A stretch of DNA of 64,000 nucleotides from Antedon mediterranea (GCF_964355755.1 NC_092672.1:12028001-12092000), one strand, 5' to 3'; counted from the first letter of the stretch, positions 27,801 through 43,500 are shown. A program made the numbers and translations. Notes: generated by a model not told the origin, from the letters alone.

Positions 27801-30800
27801 TTATACGTTTTCTGTCGGTTACCATTATTGAAAATGCTTGACATTCGTAAACTAAACTACTTTGTTTCACAGTGTTTTAGATGATTAATAACATAATAGT
27901 TTTTAAGTATAGTTTTTATTGTTTTGTAGGGCCCTTTGGGGAGGCGGAGGTCATTTGAGGGAGGTTCTTATTCGAGGGATATATGTTAAATTTTTTAGTT
28001 TTAATAATATTGTACGCGATTGGCGTACCATACTTACCTGGGGGTTTTGGACAGCGTGGTGTGTTCACGCAGGTTGGGTTGAAACGTTGTCATGTTATGT
28101 TAAGTGTTGAAGTATAGAGTATCAATAAACTTCACTTTACTGATAATAGTGGTCGATATATTTATTCGAGTCAGTAAAAAATATGGTAACTTTTATAATC
28201 AAATGAAATCCTCTAATAGATATGAAAAGTGGTAAAAAAGAATAACAAATGCTTGGTAAATTGTAGATAACAGTGCGGTAAATTCTACTACAAATAGTAT
28301 AATTGTGTTATTATAAATATGTGGATGGACGTTGTTTATTATTAGATAGTTGGGTTGGAGGAGGGGGAGGGGGGGGGGTTATTATTCAAAGTGATGTTTT
28401 ATTGGAGAGGCGATTATTCAAATGAATACCATCTTAATAATTATTAATACATTATTTAATTTAATCATCTTTTGAAACTAACTGCCGTGACAGAGTGGGC
28501 CCAAGAAAGAAGACATTACGGCTTGCAACATGGGCAGACATCTCAGTCCTAACGGGTCACAGGAAGATAGCCTACAGTTATTCCTGCAAGCTTACTCAAT
28601 AAAACTCAGCTATCGGGATTTCACTCGAAACATTTCTTATCATCAAATCTCCCTATGTAATTTTATAATACTATTCCCCACAATATATTCTGATTCTTTA
28701 TGGCGTATATTTAATTTGATCTTTATTAATTTGCAGTATAATTTCTATTATTTAACTACTGTACCTTCACACACGCGCGGTATCTATATATAAATTTACG
28801 TAAGGGCAAAATTCGGTAAATCGCGCGTAATTTCTAGAATGTTTACTCGATGGTATATAAAGTTGGTTCGTACTTTCGGTACTGATTTTAACCACCTGAT
28901 GTAACCCTGTTTACTAATTAAATTGAGTTCGATAATTAGTTATTGACGATTAAAACGAATTTAGGTTCAACGATTTGCCCCAAATAGGGGTGTTTTCCGA
29001 TCGTGGTATACACTGTCTAATGTATGTCCATCTTGAAAAATACCCGCAGACAATAATACGAGGATGCTTCGCATTTTCCTATCTCCTCCTGCGATAATTG
29101 TTTTTAATGGCTGAAAACCGGTTGAACAGCTTGAGTACAGCATCATAATGTTGAAGACAGGCCGATTTTCTTTAAAAAATACTATTTTGATAGATTTAAT
29201 TTACGTTTATACAAATGTATTGATTTGAAATGAATGGAACATTCCAATCTCTGTTCCACAAGTGTCTATTCCTTCAGGTGTCGTAAAGGCAAGTACTGTA
29301 CACAGCTGTTCCAGAAATATGAATTAAGTGCAGCACCCCCAACGTTTCATAGCGTTTTATGGAGTAGCGATTCCGAAAACATATTGTATACAAACCACAT
29401 GAGGAACCCGGAAGCAATCAAGCATAAAACGACTGTTTTTTAATACCCCAATAAAAACAAATAAAGACCGCGAAAGTCAGAAAAATAATGAATATTCATT
29501 AAAACAACCCTGGATGAAGGTGAAAAACATGTTGTCGTCGTTTTATCACGTGGATTTTAAGAGGTAATGTAATTGAAAATTGTACACCCAAGTGATACAT
29601 TTAAAAAGTAGGTATAAATGTTGTTTTCCATATCAGTTTAAAGTAATTTTTTCTGTTGAATTCTTTGATTTAGTTGGATACTTTAGATATCCTTGAATGT
29701 TTTAACAAGGATCGTATTCATATTTCCTGGCTGGATTTTTTCCTATGCTAGCTTATAATAGGCTATGCCCAGGCCCCCTTGCGTGGTTAAAACCAGCTAT
29801 GTAAGACTATATGGCTGTTTATTTTTAACACGTAAACATGTATATTCGGGGGGCCTGAGTGACAGTTGACCTGTTATAAAGCTGATTAATTAAAGCTGGT
29901 CCTAATTAAAAATTAGGCCTAGGCTAGTCTAGGCCTAAGCTTTTTTAATAATCATTCATATTGGGAAAGGAGTACAGAGTAGGCCAGGCTACAGGCCTAG
30001 CTAGGCCTATATTATATATAGGCTAGGCTACCTCATCAGCAGGTTAAAGGCTAGCAGCCTACCTAGCATGTCTTAGTCAAAGATCTGTAATATATTAATA
30101 GAAAGAAGCTATAGAGTACTGTGACATTAGATATTTAATTATAAATGCATATTTCTTTCATATTTGTATTGTATATGCAATCACAATCTAAATCAGTAAA
30201 TAACATCAATTTCCGTTATCAATCAATAATATATATAAACCAAATTAAAATAAAATAACTTCCAAAAAATTAAATTCAATTACAATTCATATACCATTTG
30301 TTAAATATTTACAAAATCATTGTTCTTATATCTCTATGCAATAACACAAAAAAATACTACCATTCATACAGTATACTGTACATAATAATATGCAATACTG
30401 TAACAATTAACTGAGAAATAGCAAACTATTCCTCAACTAGGGTAGGAACCAACTTAAGTATGAATTGGCTCTAAGAAACAATTGAAAACCATTAGGCCTA
30501 CTAATTAAGTTGAGTTAGATAATTTAATATTTATTGACAATTAAATCGAATTTATGATTTGCCACGAATAGAGGTGGTTTTCACAAATTGTTTTACATTA
30601 TATAAACATACACGTCGTAGTGATGTATCGTTACATGTACTGTACTATTTCAATCGACTAGGACGGTGATAGTTTCAACAAAGTATTACATCGCAATGTT
30701 TTACTGTGTTTAGTGGTATATTATTTGTAAAACATGAAAACAATTAATATTTCGTTACTACATGGATAAAGAATATATTTAAAAATTGTTCCTCTTTGCA

Positions 30801-33484
30801 CCCATCCTCTTTCCTATCCCTCAACCCTGTTACATACAAAACACAAATTAAGTTTGTTTAAATTTGACTTAAACAATTGGTCTCATTTTGTGACAAGTTT
30901 CTCTTTCAAAAGTCATTCCCAGGGTGCTAATTTTAGTTCAGTACATAAATCACAGTGTCTATTTATTCGTTCCTGTAAACGACATGTATTATTGAAATCG
31001 CCAGTTTTTTAACGCTGAAATTATTATGTATTCGAGAACCATCTGTGGGCACGACCTAGATGGTACGCGAGCGAAAATAAACAAAAAAACAGAAATGGCT
31101 ATGACTAATGGCCAACTTAAGCTCCAGTCCTACTATCTGATTTTTTTTTCGTCTTCCAAAGGGACACTGTATTGATTGATGGAAAGTGCCTGTTTCCAGT
31201 CACCTTTAGGGTCAAATCTATTATTTTAACTGCTCCCTTGTGTATAAAAGAGAGAAATATTTTAAACCAGGTTGTTGCAAGGTGAACTTATCTTAAACCC
31301 GGAAATTACTTTGACCGGGAAGAATTGAAATTGAGATGAAAATCTAGTGTTGAAATCATAAATTTTGTTAAAAAACTCTTTATAATATATTCCTAAGATA
31401 GAAATATGGAACAATAGCGTCGATGTGAACACTAATGTTATCAAATCTACGTTTCGCGGTACATCTCAGATAGATAAGGCGGAGATTTGTACCAAAGGTT
31501 TTGCATTGTGCTCGCCTATATCAGAATTAACCATAATTTATATATAGATGCCATTTTGTAACTGTAGCGGCGCTATACAGTATTTGGTTTAGCGCGTCAG
31601 TAAGAGGTACGAATGAGATGCATCCGTCGTCGCTGCTACTCAATCTTAAGCATCAAAAAAGCTTGTTTTTGGGTATGTTTTATCTTTAATTTGTTATTAT
31701 TAGTTTAAGTAATTATTTGAGATCATCAATTGCCAGACTACAGTATGTTTGATGGAAATTTAACGTAGTTTTCTTAGTTTGAAAGTTAGATATTCATCTA
31801 ACACGATGTATGTGTTCTCATGCTTCGAGCATGTTCGAGCATCTTAAGGTCAAGTGACAAAGATAATTCACTTTACGGTCACGTGTCAAAACAGTAGATT
31901 CCAAGATGGCTGCGCCCATCGGAACTAATACATTTTTTATATTATTGCTTGTGATATTGATAATTGATTATAAACCTTCATTATTTCGGTTTAATTACTA
32001 TTGGTTTATTGAAAGAAAGTCATTAATTGATTGTTATATGTTATTGATATTTGTTTTCAGTCAACTTGTAACTTAACGATTACTGAATTGAAGACTTGTG
32101 GTTTATGAGTTTGCGCCATAATTCATGTAAGGTTTGAACATTATTGGATTTAACTCATATGTAGTATTTAATTAAAACCATCTAGTTGATCATTTGTTAA
32201 ACATACTGTATTACATTGTTCATAAAACCACGTTCTGGTTAGTTATTCAAATTGTTCGTTTATTTGAGACTTGTTAAACGATATTAAGTGATTATTATTT
32301 GTATTTTTCTAGTCACCAGACTATTTTCAGAGTCAGAGAATAAAGGTACTGAATTTTACATAGTTTGCGTTGTTGTGTTGGTGCCCTCATTGTTCGTAAA
32401 CTACATCAAGCCCAGATATTCTACAGTGAATGAATTACTGCACTCATGGTGGAACCAGCAGTAGTAGTAAGCAGTACGTTAGTGGTAGTGCGGAGGAATC
32501 GAAAGGGAGCGTTAACCAGAAGTTTGAAGTCGTTGGAAGCGCTAATGGCAGTAGATGCGGAGAATGAAACAGTTTATGAAAGGTATCAAAAATCAAAACA
32601 GCAATGGGAAGCCGTAGAGGCTGCGCATCAAGAACTGGTTAACACACTCAAGGAGGATGAAGCATTCGAAAAAGAAGAAGCCTGGATGATAGAGGCTGAA
32701 GCTGTTTTTGTTGCAGCCAGAGTACAGGTTGAGAAATATTTAACGAGGTCAGTGAATATTGTTAATGACCATGTAGATTCGGCTTAAGTGATAGGCAGAG
32801 TATCTGAACCCAGTGTTCAGTTAGAGTTAGCAGAACCTGTAGCTCGGTTCCAATGTTGTATCTGGTAGCAATGGTGCTTCCAACATAGATGATAATAGTA
32901 TGCCTGATCAGGCTCCTATAAGCAGTTCTGTGCAGAGCAATCCGGTTGAGCCTGCGAGTTCAAATATAGATTAGTACTAGTACCACTGTTAAAACTCACT
33001 CTGCCTTGAATGAATTAAAGTTAGCTTTAGAATTACCAAAGGCTGAAATTGCTGAGTTTCACGGCAATGCTATTGGGTATTGGCCCTTTATTAAAAACTT
33101 TGAAGTTAATGTTGCGAGTAAATTAAGCAATGACTCAACTAGGTTGCAGTACCTTTTATAACTTTGTAAGGGTAACGCTGGGGCATGTATAGAGAGTTGT
33201 GCATTGCTTCCAGATGAAGGGTATGAACGCGCAAGATATATATTGAAGCGCAACTATGGTCAACCCCACTTAATATTCGTTCGTTCGTTCGTTCGTTTTT
33301 ATTTCACAATGCATCAAACTTAATATTTTTACATAATAAGTATTAAATAAAAAAATGCAAAGCCTGGAAAAGACCAAATAAGCTCAATATAGAGCTTTAA
33401 GCCTGGTTTCACCAGTACAAAATACACTAATAATTGTATCAATTACAATAGACAATAATTAAATATTAATTAAAGTAGTAGAAA

Positions 33485-33534
<50 letters not shown>

Positions 33535-36500
33535 TTATATTTTTTTTTATACACAATTACGCTACAGGACAATACAAACACAACAAGAGGACAAACGTAA
33601 AGGGTATAGTATATGTACTACAGGTATCATATATACTTGCAGGAGGTGAGACAAAAAAAAAAGTTTGATGAAAAAGTTTTATTAATACGATCTGTATTGT
33701 GATAAAAGGAATTGTTTATATTTGGATTTGAATGTATTTAAGTTATTAGTATATAGTAAGGATTGACTTAAATTATTCCATACTAGAGGACCATGGTATT
33801 TGATAGAATTCCGGATTGTGTTATGGGTTAAATTTATTGTGGCGTAATTGTTGGCGTTTCTTGTATTGTAGTTGTGAAATTCATTATTTTTGATGAAGAA
33901 ATGTTTGAAAATATTTGGAAGTTGATTGTTTGAATATCTGTGCATGAATGTGGCGATTTGTAATTTGTTAATATCGAAGATGTTTAGGGTATTAAGTTTA
34001 AAGAAAAGGGACTTTGTGTGTGCTATATAGTGAGAATTGGTACAAATGCGAATAGCCCGTTTTTGGAGTTTAAAGAGTTTGTCTAATTTAGAAATATGTG
34101 TGGAAGCCCATGGACAGAGAGTTTTATTTTTAGTATCTGTAATTCCCCAAGCAATGTTACAATAGGATAGATAAGGTAAAATTAATGTGTTATATAAAGA
34201 AAAGAGGATATTAGAGGGTAGAATATATTTAAGTTTTTTTAAGACACCGATGTTTTTTGAAATTTTATTAGCTATATTTGTTATATGGGTTTTCCAGTTT
34301 AAGTTATCATCTATAGTTACACCAAGGAACTGAGAATAAGTAACCCTTTTGATAGGAGTGTTTTCTATATGGATTGTGTTTTGATTGTCATTGCATGTTC
34401 TATTTGGAGAAAAGTGTATATATTCAGTTTTGTTTATATTTAGTGAGAGTCTATTAAGTTTAAGCCAGTGAGATATATGTTTTAGTTCCTTATTAAAAAT
34501 TCTAGTTAAGGTGTTGTAGTCAGGATGGGAGGAAAAAATGTTCGTGTCGTCGGCAAACAGGACGTATTCAAAAGAGTTGGAAGCGTTGATGATGTCGTTG
34601 ACATAGATGAGAAAAAGTAGAGGACCAAGAATTGATCCTTGGGGCACACCGCATGTTATGGGAAGAACTTCTGAGGAGTAGGAGCCGAAAGAGGTGATTT
34701 GTTGTCTGTTTTGAAGATAGTTAGAAAGTAGAGATAGAGGAGTTCCACGGATTCCATAGTGACTAAGTTTAGTTAAAAGAATTGTGTGGTTAATAGTGTC
34801 AAATGCTTTAGACAAGTCCAAAAATAAGCCAATAGTATGGTGGTTTTTAGATAAGGCGTTAGAGATTTTACTTTGAATGTCCAGGATTGCAAGATCAGTA
34901 GAATGTTTTGGTCTGAAGCCATATTGGTTATCATGAAAAGATTTATGTGAAGAAAGAAAGTTGTAAAGTCTATTGTATATAAGGCGTTCGAGTATTTTAG
35001 AAAAGCAAGGCAAAATTGAGATTGGACGGTAGTTTTCAAAGGAATGGGAATCATTTTTTTTATGAATAGGAATTACTTTGGCGATTTTTAAGGATGATGG
35101 AAATACACCATTAGTTAGTGATAGATTAAAAATGTGGGTAAGGGGTCTGGTAATAAAAGGTCCAATTTTTTTAATAATCGTGGGTTCAATATCATCAAGG
35201 CCAGCACTTTTACTGTTTTTTAGATTAGAAATTATTTCAAGAATCTCTTTACCAGATGTAGGTTGGAAGAAAATTGAATTTTGAGTGGGATTCTTTAGAT
35301 AATCAGTAAAGTTGCCATGAGTAGCCGAAATTTTAGAAGAAAGATTAGGTCCAATATCAGTAAAATAGCGATTGAATTTATTGGCAATTTGAGATGGGTC
35401 AGTAATTTTTGTACCATTATCTGTAAAATAACTAGGTAGCGTCTTTGTGGTGTTTTTACAGAGAATGTTATTAATTATATTCCAGGTTTTTTTAATGTTA
35501 TTTTTATAGTCGTTAAACTTATTTGTATAGTGTTGCTTACATGATGTTCTTATTAGTCGTGTGAGTTTATTTCTGTAAGTAATGTAATTGGTTTTATTAA
35601 TCATATTTGGTGTTTTTATATATTTTTTATATAATTTATTTCTAGTGTTTATGGATTTGATTATACCTTTTGTTATCCATGGTTTACAAAGTTTACGTTT
35701 GTTAATTTTAGTTCTTGTCTTTGGGAGGTGAGTATCGTATAGTGAAGAAAATCTGTCGAGAAAAATATTGTAGGATTCATTTGCAGAGTTATTTTGGTAG
35801 ACATCGTCCCAGTTCGTGTTCATTAAGTTAATCCCTAGAGATGCTATATTTTCTTGGTTTATCTTTCTTGAGTAATGTTTTTTGTTACATTTTAAATTTT
35901 TTATTTGATTTGAATGGGAATTGTTTAGGATTTGGAATACTGGAAAGTGATCAGTAATGTCGTTAAAAAGAATACCAGGAGTTATTTTTTGGTCAAGTAC
36001 ATTTGTAAAAATATTATCAATAAGTGTAGATGTTTTAGTGGTTATTCTAGTTGGTTTGTCAATTAGAGGATATAAAGATGCTGAGTACATGGTGTTTAAG
36101 AATTCATTCGTGTAGTTATGGGTTGAGTGTTTTATAAGGTCTAGGTTAAAGTCACCACAGACAAATAATTGTTTTTTTCCTTTGTTATTGAATCAATGCA
36201 GTTAGAAATGTTGTTTATGAATGGTTGAAAAGAGCTATTGGGAGGCCTATAGATAATACCAACAATGCTATTTTTGGTAATAGATTCTATTTCAATAAAT
36301 AACGAATCATAATTTTGGTTTGTTGGTAAATTTATATCACTTCTGATTTTGAAATTTAGTTCATCTGAAATGTAAAGGGCAACTCCCCCGCCTCTTTTAC
36401 CTGCACGGTTAGATTGTATCATTGTGTATCCTTCGATATGAGTGAGTGGAGACGGTACATTGTTGATGTTATCCAACCAGGTTTCACTAAAACCAATAAT

Positions 36501-37507
36501 TTGGAATTTATGATTTAGAGTAAGAAGATAGTTTGTGATGGAATTAAAGTTTTTTATGAGGCTTCGGGAGTTCATATGAAGTATACTGAGATTGGAATTT
36601 GTGTTGATTATTTTGTTGTTAAATGAATCACTCAAATAATATTCACATTTATCATTATGATTAGTTATTTCATTAATATAGTCGTAATCATTATTGTCGT
36701 TTAGATCAAAAGGATTAAATTGTAATGATTGCAGATTAGAATAATTTATGGTATGATCATTGTTTAACTGTTTTATTTCATGTTTGAATTCATCATCATC
36801 AATTATGTGGTTGAAAGGAAGGGTTTCTTCAAGACATTTGCAGCAGTAAAATTTGAGCGAATTTGAGTAGGGAAAACCGGCGCAGGTTGCATGAGAAGGC
36901 TTATTGCAAATATCACAGTTAACATATGTGGCTACCCTTATACATTTATCACAAGACACACAAGACATAGAACGAGTATACATTTAAACAATTAATAATA
37001 ACAATAATAATAATAATAATAATGAGGTTTATAAATATTCGATTTATCAGATGAATTATAAGTAGGAATAATATTGCATAATCGCACAGAGCACTACAAA
37101 ATTGCGTAATATGGAAGTTTTAAATTAAATTAAGGCATTGAGGTTGGTTGTTTACTTATTTTTATACCAATATATATGTTTGATAATAGAGTTATTGGTA
37201 ATTAAAGTAATATTAGTTATACAATGTTTATTCTCAAAGTTATTGATTAAAAGTATTGCTAATAGTATGAAAACAAAGGGAATAATAATGATAGGTATAT
37301 AAATCAATATACTTCATAATAGTGATTTTAGGGATATCAGTTGTTACAATTATTGAATAGTAGTCGTAATAATATGATAACGGTATTATAATAAAGAAGA
37401 ATAATAATGATTAATAATACCGTACCAATTATCAATTAACTATTACGATCAAGTGAATGGTATAGCAATACAAATGGGATGATAATAATACTAGTAATAA
37501 TAATACC

Positions 37508-37545
<38 letters not shown>

Positions 37546-40500
37546 AACACTACTAATAATAACAATAATAATAATAATAATAAAAGATGATGATGACGAT
37601 AAACGACAACAGCAGGAGTAATGTAATATAAATAATTTTGGGATCAGACAGGAACAATCAAGGTTTACTGTAGCTGAATCCGCAAAGCGGAACATACAAG
37701 CAATATTAATTGATAGTTGATGTTTTAATTACATCTAGAGATTACGGAGGTCGGATGTAGACCTAATGACAATCTTCTTCTTGTTGTGCAGAAGGCAGTT
37801 GATCCGTCCATCGAGCGACCACGCGGCTTCCACAGCGGCATGTGCGCCCGCTTCGCGCAGGAGGGTCATGCGAGAAGGTGTTAAGTTCTCGGTTATGGAG
37901 TAAGAAGAATTTTTAAGCAATTTCTTGTTGCGAAATACTTCTGCTCGTGCGCGGTATGTGGAAAATTTTACGATAATCGGACGAGGCCTCGGTTTAGAAC
38001 TGCTGCGTGTTTTGTTGTTATGGAGTACTCTCTTCCGTCCAAGTCGATGAGTTCGGTCAATCTCGATTAGTTCCATATCTTCGCAGATGCGTGATGTTAT
38101 AATATCTAGAGTTAAAGTATCTGTGTTTTCATTTGCCGTTTCGGGTACTCCGTGAATTAGTAGGCAGTTGCGCCTACTGTACTGTTCGAGGTCATCGATC
38201 TTGTCCACCATACCGCGATGTTCTTTTCTCAGACGGTCATTTTGCTCTTGTAGAGTAATAATGTCGCCCGCTATAGTCTCGTTGTCCATGGAGATGCTAC
38301 TGTAAATATTTTGGCTAACCTGGTCAATAATAGCGTCACTTATTGATCTTATTACGGTTAAATGCATTAATGAGTGATTTAACTGATCGTAAAGCCATTA
38401 AGGCACACGATGGGATAGCGTTGAGAGAACTAATATCGTGTATGCAAACCTGTCATATAACACTCACCCAAATGGGCCATGTTACCGATTTGAACTCAAC
38501 GAGTAATTTAATCAGGGTTCAGGGGCTGTTACCTATCTATATGCAAAACGCATGGGCCAAGGTCGCCCAGGGAATTTTGAAGTCCAGGGAACCTATCTTT
38601 TTAGATTTGTTAACGTTTTTAGAGGGTCAGGCTTGTAACATGTTTGGTAAAAGCATAGGTGTAAATAAAGCAGCTAAGTCAAGTAAGGCAAATGATGAGA
38701 AGCCTAAGGCTAATTCTAACTGTGTTAAATCCAAACCATTAAAATGTTTCTCGTGTGATGGTGAACATAGGTTGTTCAATTGTGAAGAGATTAAGAAAAT
38801 GTCGTATGACAGCAGTCTGTTTGCAGAAAAGGTTGCGACTGGGATGAGCAGTTGTCGGTCGATGAACTCAGTAGATGGAAGGAATGGCTTAGTCAGGTTC
38901 CTTCTCTTTCTAAGGTAGAAATCCCGAGGTGGATTAGGTTGGATGAGTCAAAATCGGTGGAACTTCACATATTTTGTGATGCATCAATGGTAGGGTATGC
39001 TGCAGTAGCATACTTGAGAGTTGTTGATATCGATGGTGTTGTAAGATGTTTGTTTGTTCTTGGCAAGGCTCGAGTCAGCCCCATGAAGTCAGTATCAATT
39101 CCGAGACTGGAATTAATGGCCGCTGTTCTTGCTACATCATTAAGTACCACCATCACCACTGAGTTACGATTTGGTCTGGGTGAATGCACATATTGGACAG
39201 ACTCAATGATAGTTCTTGGCTACATCCAAAATGAAACACGACGCTTTAAAATGGACCTGAAATGGATTTTCGATTTTTTTCATTTTAGAATGATGTTTTG
39301 GGGGCTATTAGGTGTTGCTAGAATGTATATTGTTACAAAATATAAATTGGCCTTTTTGGGGAAAGCCCCATTTGAAAATAAAAAAAATGCGCGGGTGACG
39401 TCACTTTGCGAATATATTCCTATCCCTCCAATGGACAATTTGCAGTTTTTTGGCTATAACTCTTGAAATCTATGGATTATTTTCTAAAAAATGCTTGTGC
39501 ATTTGCAGAAACGTATTTATAATTTTTTTTAGATAAAATTATTACCGTATAAACGGTTATTCATCGAGTAAATGACGATTTAAAATCTTAAAATCAACGG
39601 TTTTTTCTGGCAATACCGAAGTTGGCCTGGCAACCTTGTCCGGGATACAGCTCCGTGCGCAATGATGCGTATCCATATTTTCCGTTCGTAATTTATACTG
39701 CTAAAATGTGTTAGTTTCTTTAGTTTTTAGTTTAGCAGAATTAAATTAGTAATATGAGATGATAATTTATTTGTCACGAATCAGGCAGTTTGAAAACGAA
39801 TTTTATTCATATTTTACTTTGGCTTGACAATGATCGCAGCAAGTTGTTGATATCGCTTTGGTCCTTGGATGCACATGAAACGGAGCCTCGCCGCATGATG
39901 TGGGTGGTGGATCGACTCCGCGCACTGGATTGGGAGCCTAGGCCTAGTAAAGGTTTGGGAGGTAGGCCTTCTAAATTCGGGTTTTAGAACAAACGAAGTA
40001 CATTTTAGGGACCTATATTTCAACAAAATTAGATATTGAATAAATTAGTATTAGTGTCAACGTTTCGCGTATCTTTCCAGGCCGTCGATCATTCACTGAC
40101 TATCGGGTGGCATACACGCTCTCGATATCATCGTGTGTATATGTGACGTCGTGAATATAGAGGCTTCCGACGGCCGTTGAAATAGAATATTGCAATGGCG
40201 TGAGTAATTTTCGCTAATTTACCATGGTATCTTAAAATTTCGTTTTTACTCAAAATACTATACATTTTGTTTTTATTTGTATGGGTTTGTGTTAATTTGA
40301 TACATTTAAATAACATGTGTGAATTTCTTGAAAATCGAAATTCCATTTCAGGTCCATTTTAAAACATGTGTTGCCAACAGAGTGTCGAAAATTCGAGACA
40401 TATCTTCCCCTCAACAATGGAGACATGTTGGCTCTAAACAGAACCCAGCAGATGATGGATCTAGGGGTACTTTCGATTTAGGCAGATGGCTTTCAGGCCT

Positions 40501-43500
40501 TGAATTTTTGTTAACAAATAGTAGTAAGTGGCCTACTTCAAGTGAAGTGTTTTACCTTTGGACCCTGAAGTTAAGAAATCTGTATCCACCTTTCATACCT
40601 TTTTCATTCCATCTGATATGCTAGAACCACTAATAGGAAAGTTCTCTTCACTAATGAAGTTAGTCAGAGTGTGCTTGGATACGTCGTTTCATAAACAATT
40701 GTAGACGTATAAGACCCATGTGTGTCGGAGGTCTGTCAGTCTCTGAGCTCGACGCTAGTGAGTCTATTTTAGTTTCCTATTCGCAGAAATCGGAATTTAA
40801 ATCGTGGCAAAGTGATCAGAGATTGGTCAAATTAAAACCTGTTCTGCTCAGTGACCTTCTTAGAGTTGGAGGTCGACTTGACAATTCAGACTTAAGTTTT
40901 AATGCGAAACACTCCATTATTCTGTCTCCAAAGGGTCCACTTACTAATCTTATTATAAGGTACTATCACGAGTCTGTTGGTCATGGAGGATTAGCTATGA
41001 CCTTAAATGCTATTCGCCAGAAGTTTTGGCTAGTGAATGGTAGGTCTACGGTTAAGGGAATGTTTAGTAAATGTGTTGTTTGTCGCAAGTTGCTTGCCAG
41101 GCCGGCAGAGCAGGAGATGGCGAGACTGCCATTGGAAAGAGTTTCCGCCGACAAACCCCCTTTTTGTTTTGCGGGCGTTGATTATTTTGGACCTATCGAG
41201 ATCAAACGTGGTCGATCACTTGTGAAAAGGTACGGTTGTATCTTCACCTGCTTGGCTTCTAGAGCAGTTCATTTGGAGGTTTTTGCGTCTTTAGATACAG
41301 ATTCTTTCCTTAACGCATTCCGTCGCTTCGTTGCGAGGCGAGGAGAACCAGAGAAGGTTTTTAGTGACAATGGAACAAATTTCCAAGCAGGAGAAAAAGA
41401 GCTGCGTCAAGCTCTTCGACCCATGAACGATGGTAAGATTGAGTCTTTCTTCCACAACAGAGGTTGCGAGTGGCACTTCAATCCGCCCTTGGCGAGTCAC
41501 TACGGTGGAGCCTGGGAAAGGCTAATTAGGTCGGTAAGAAGAATACTTTATGGTATTCTTGGCCAACAGACTGTGAATGAAGAGGTGTTGACTACTGTGT
41601 TTACAGAAGTAGAGTCAATTTTGAATTCCCGACCTTTAAATGATGTATCATTTGACCCCCATTCTTTGTCTTAAATGTACGTTTTTAATTACATTTTTGT
41701 AATTCGCGTCTGATTTGTTGTACAGCACCTCATTTCCTTGTACAAGTAGGATTAACGTTTCGTCTAGGCCCATAGATGACTCCATCGCGATTGACTCTCG
41801 ATGATATCTGTCTGATTTTTTTTTTTTTGGCGCTTGCCATAAATAAAGCTCTCTGATTGATTGAAATATTTTTATCTTTCGCGTCCAAATAAAATATCGC
41901 TCATGCAAGCGGTATGTAAAACTATCTTTTATCGTACACGATATAATCGTATAGTTATCGTCCTAGTGTGATCGGTTCTATTCATTTTGACTTCTATCGT
42001 GTATAGTTATAGTTATCGTCGTAGTATAAACAGGCCTTTACTTATCAATCAATCTATCCACCTCCCGTAAGCGACCAACATTAAAAAACGGCCATCTCGT
42101 AAGCAACCACCTCTCCTAAACGACCATACATGGTAAGCAAACACCTCTCTTAAAGGTCCGCTTTTCATAATCAACCACCGACCAACACTCGTAAGTGGCC
42201 ACCTCTATTAAATGACCGCCTCTTTTAAAGGACCACCTTTTATAGGCGACTATTTCTTTTAACGTAAAAGATATATTAAACAATCTAGGCCTATTAGACA
42301 TACTAATTTAATGTAATCAAATGTATTCTAAGAATTAAATATATTTACGGAAAGTTCAGGCAAGCTTGAAACTAGGCTAAGCTATTATTTGTTGCTAGAC
42401 CTACCTAATCTAGCCTGTAGAGTATCCCAGTACTGTGGAACTAGACTAGGCCTAGCATTTAGCGTAGTAGGACGGCCGTGTTTGCATTGTTTGTGCCTAG
42501 CCTTGTAGTAGCAGGCTAGTAGGTAGGGCTATAACATAATATTATAATGTAGGTAAGTCTAATCCCAAATAGTAGATCCAAATGGCTAGCTACAAATGCA
42601 ATCTTTGTTAAGCCAATCTAGTTCGTAGGCAGCATCAATAGTGATCGCGGCCCTCTGTAAAAGAGTTTCAATACTACTGTTTTTACTACACAATAATCAA
42701 AGTTACGTTGTTTTGCCATGGAATGACCACAGTTACGTTGTTTTGCCACATAAATGACTTTCATTCTATGCCAATAGTCTGATTAAAACCATAGTTAACG
42801 TACTTCCACAATCCAACCTGAATCAGCATTGGTGCAAATTGATTGGTGCAAATTGATATTTTAGGATATTGTAGGTTGTTTTTGTGGAAATTGCTATTGT
42901 TAATTTACTGGTGTGAAATATTGTTCTCTTTTTGGTTTGTATATGAATGTACTATCCGAATTAAGAGAAATAAATGAATGAATTTAAATAAACTTCATCA
43001 TTTAACAATTTTGCGTTGAATCTGCCTTGCCATTGAACCGGATGATTATAATAATCGACTATTTTGGCGCTATACAATAAACATTTATATAAATTAATAG
43101 GCACAGAATAAATTCTAAATCACCGGTTAATTATATTGAAAATTATTACAATTATTATTATTGAATCACAACACTAGAAAATAAAATAAATTACCTTGTT
43201 TGTTGATGTTACTGATGCACCATGTGTTAAAAGAATCTTCACTATTTCTAACTTACAATAGAAAGAGCTCAAATATGAACTTAGCACTGTGTCTCCAGCC
43301 TGAAAAAATTAAATTAGATTAGTCTTCCTTTTCAACAAGCGATCATCAGACTCCGAATTGGTTCCATGGAGAAATTAGTTTCTAATTCCTCCAATGTACA
43401 TGAATATTCAAAGAGGGAACCCGAATTGCATTATAGATGGCGCTATTGTTTATTTTTTGTTAAGACACCGGTTATAGTTAGGAACAGGAATACTTTCCAG

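Larger units (their letters stand above)
33276..38342 (-). mobile_element. L2/Crack-like LINE, 5'-truncated within ORF1
   Basis: ORF1, spacer, ORF2, 3' UTR, AATAAA and (AACG)n tail; splits BEL gag. Confidence 0.93.
31884..41672 (+). mobile_element. Degenerate BEL/Pao LTR retrotransposon, interrupted by a LINE and a MITE, PR-RT largely deleted, 3' end lost
   Basis: Gag pieces (32446-33275, 38343-38810), Pao RNase [23 protein letters not shown], integrase GVDYFGP..SDNGTNF..GGAWERL; putative LTR 31884-32425 (TGT...ACA, unpaired, lower confidence). Confidence 0.9.

Noticed and set aside
27720-31650. Several hairpins and possible Helitron/MITE ends, plus taggcctag-rich tracts
   Set aside because: Probably repeat debris, but I could not pair termini or find TSDs
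37432-37695. Hydrophobic poly-Ile ORF resembling a membrane protein
   Set aside because: Translation of the (TAT)n microsatellite in the LINE spacer
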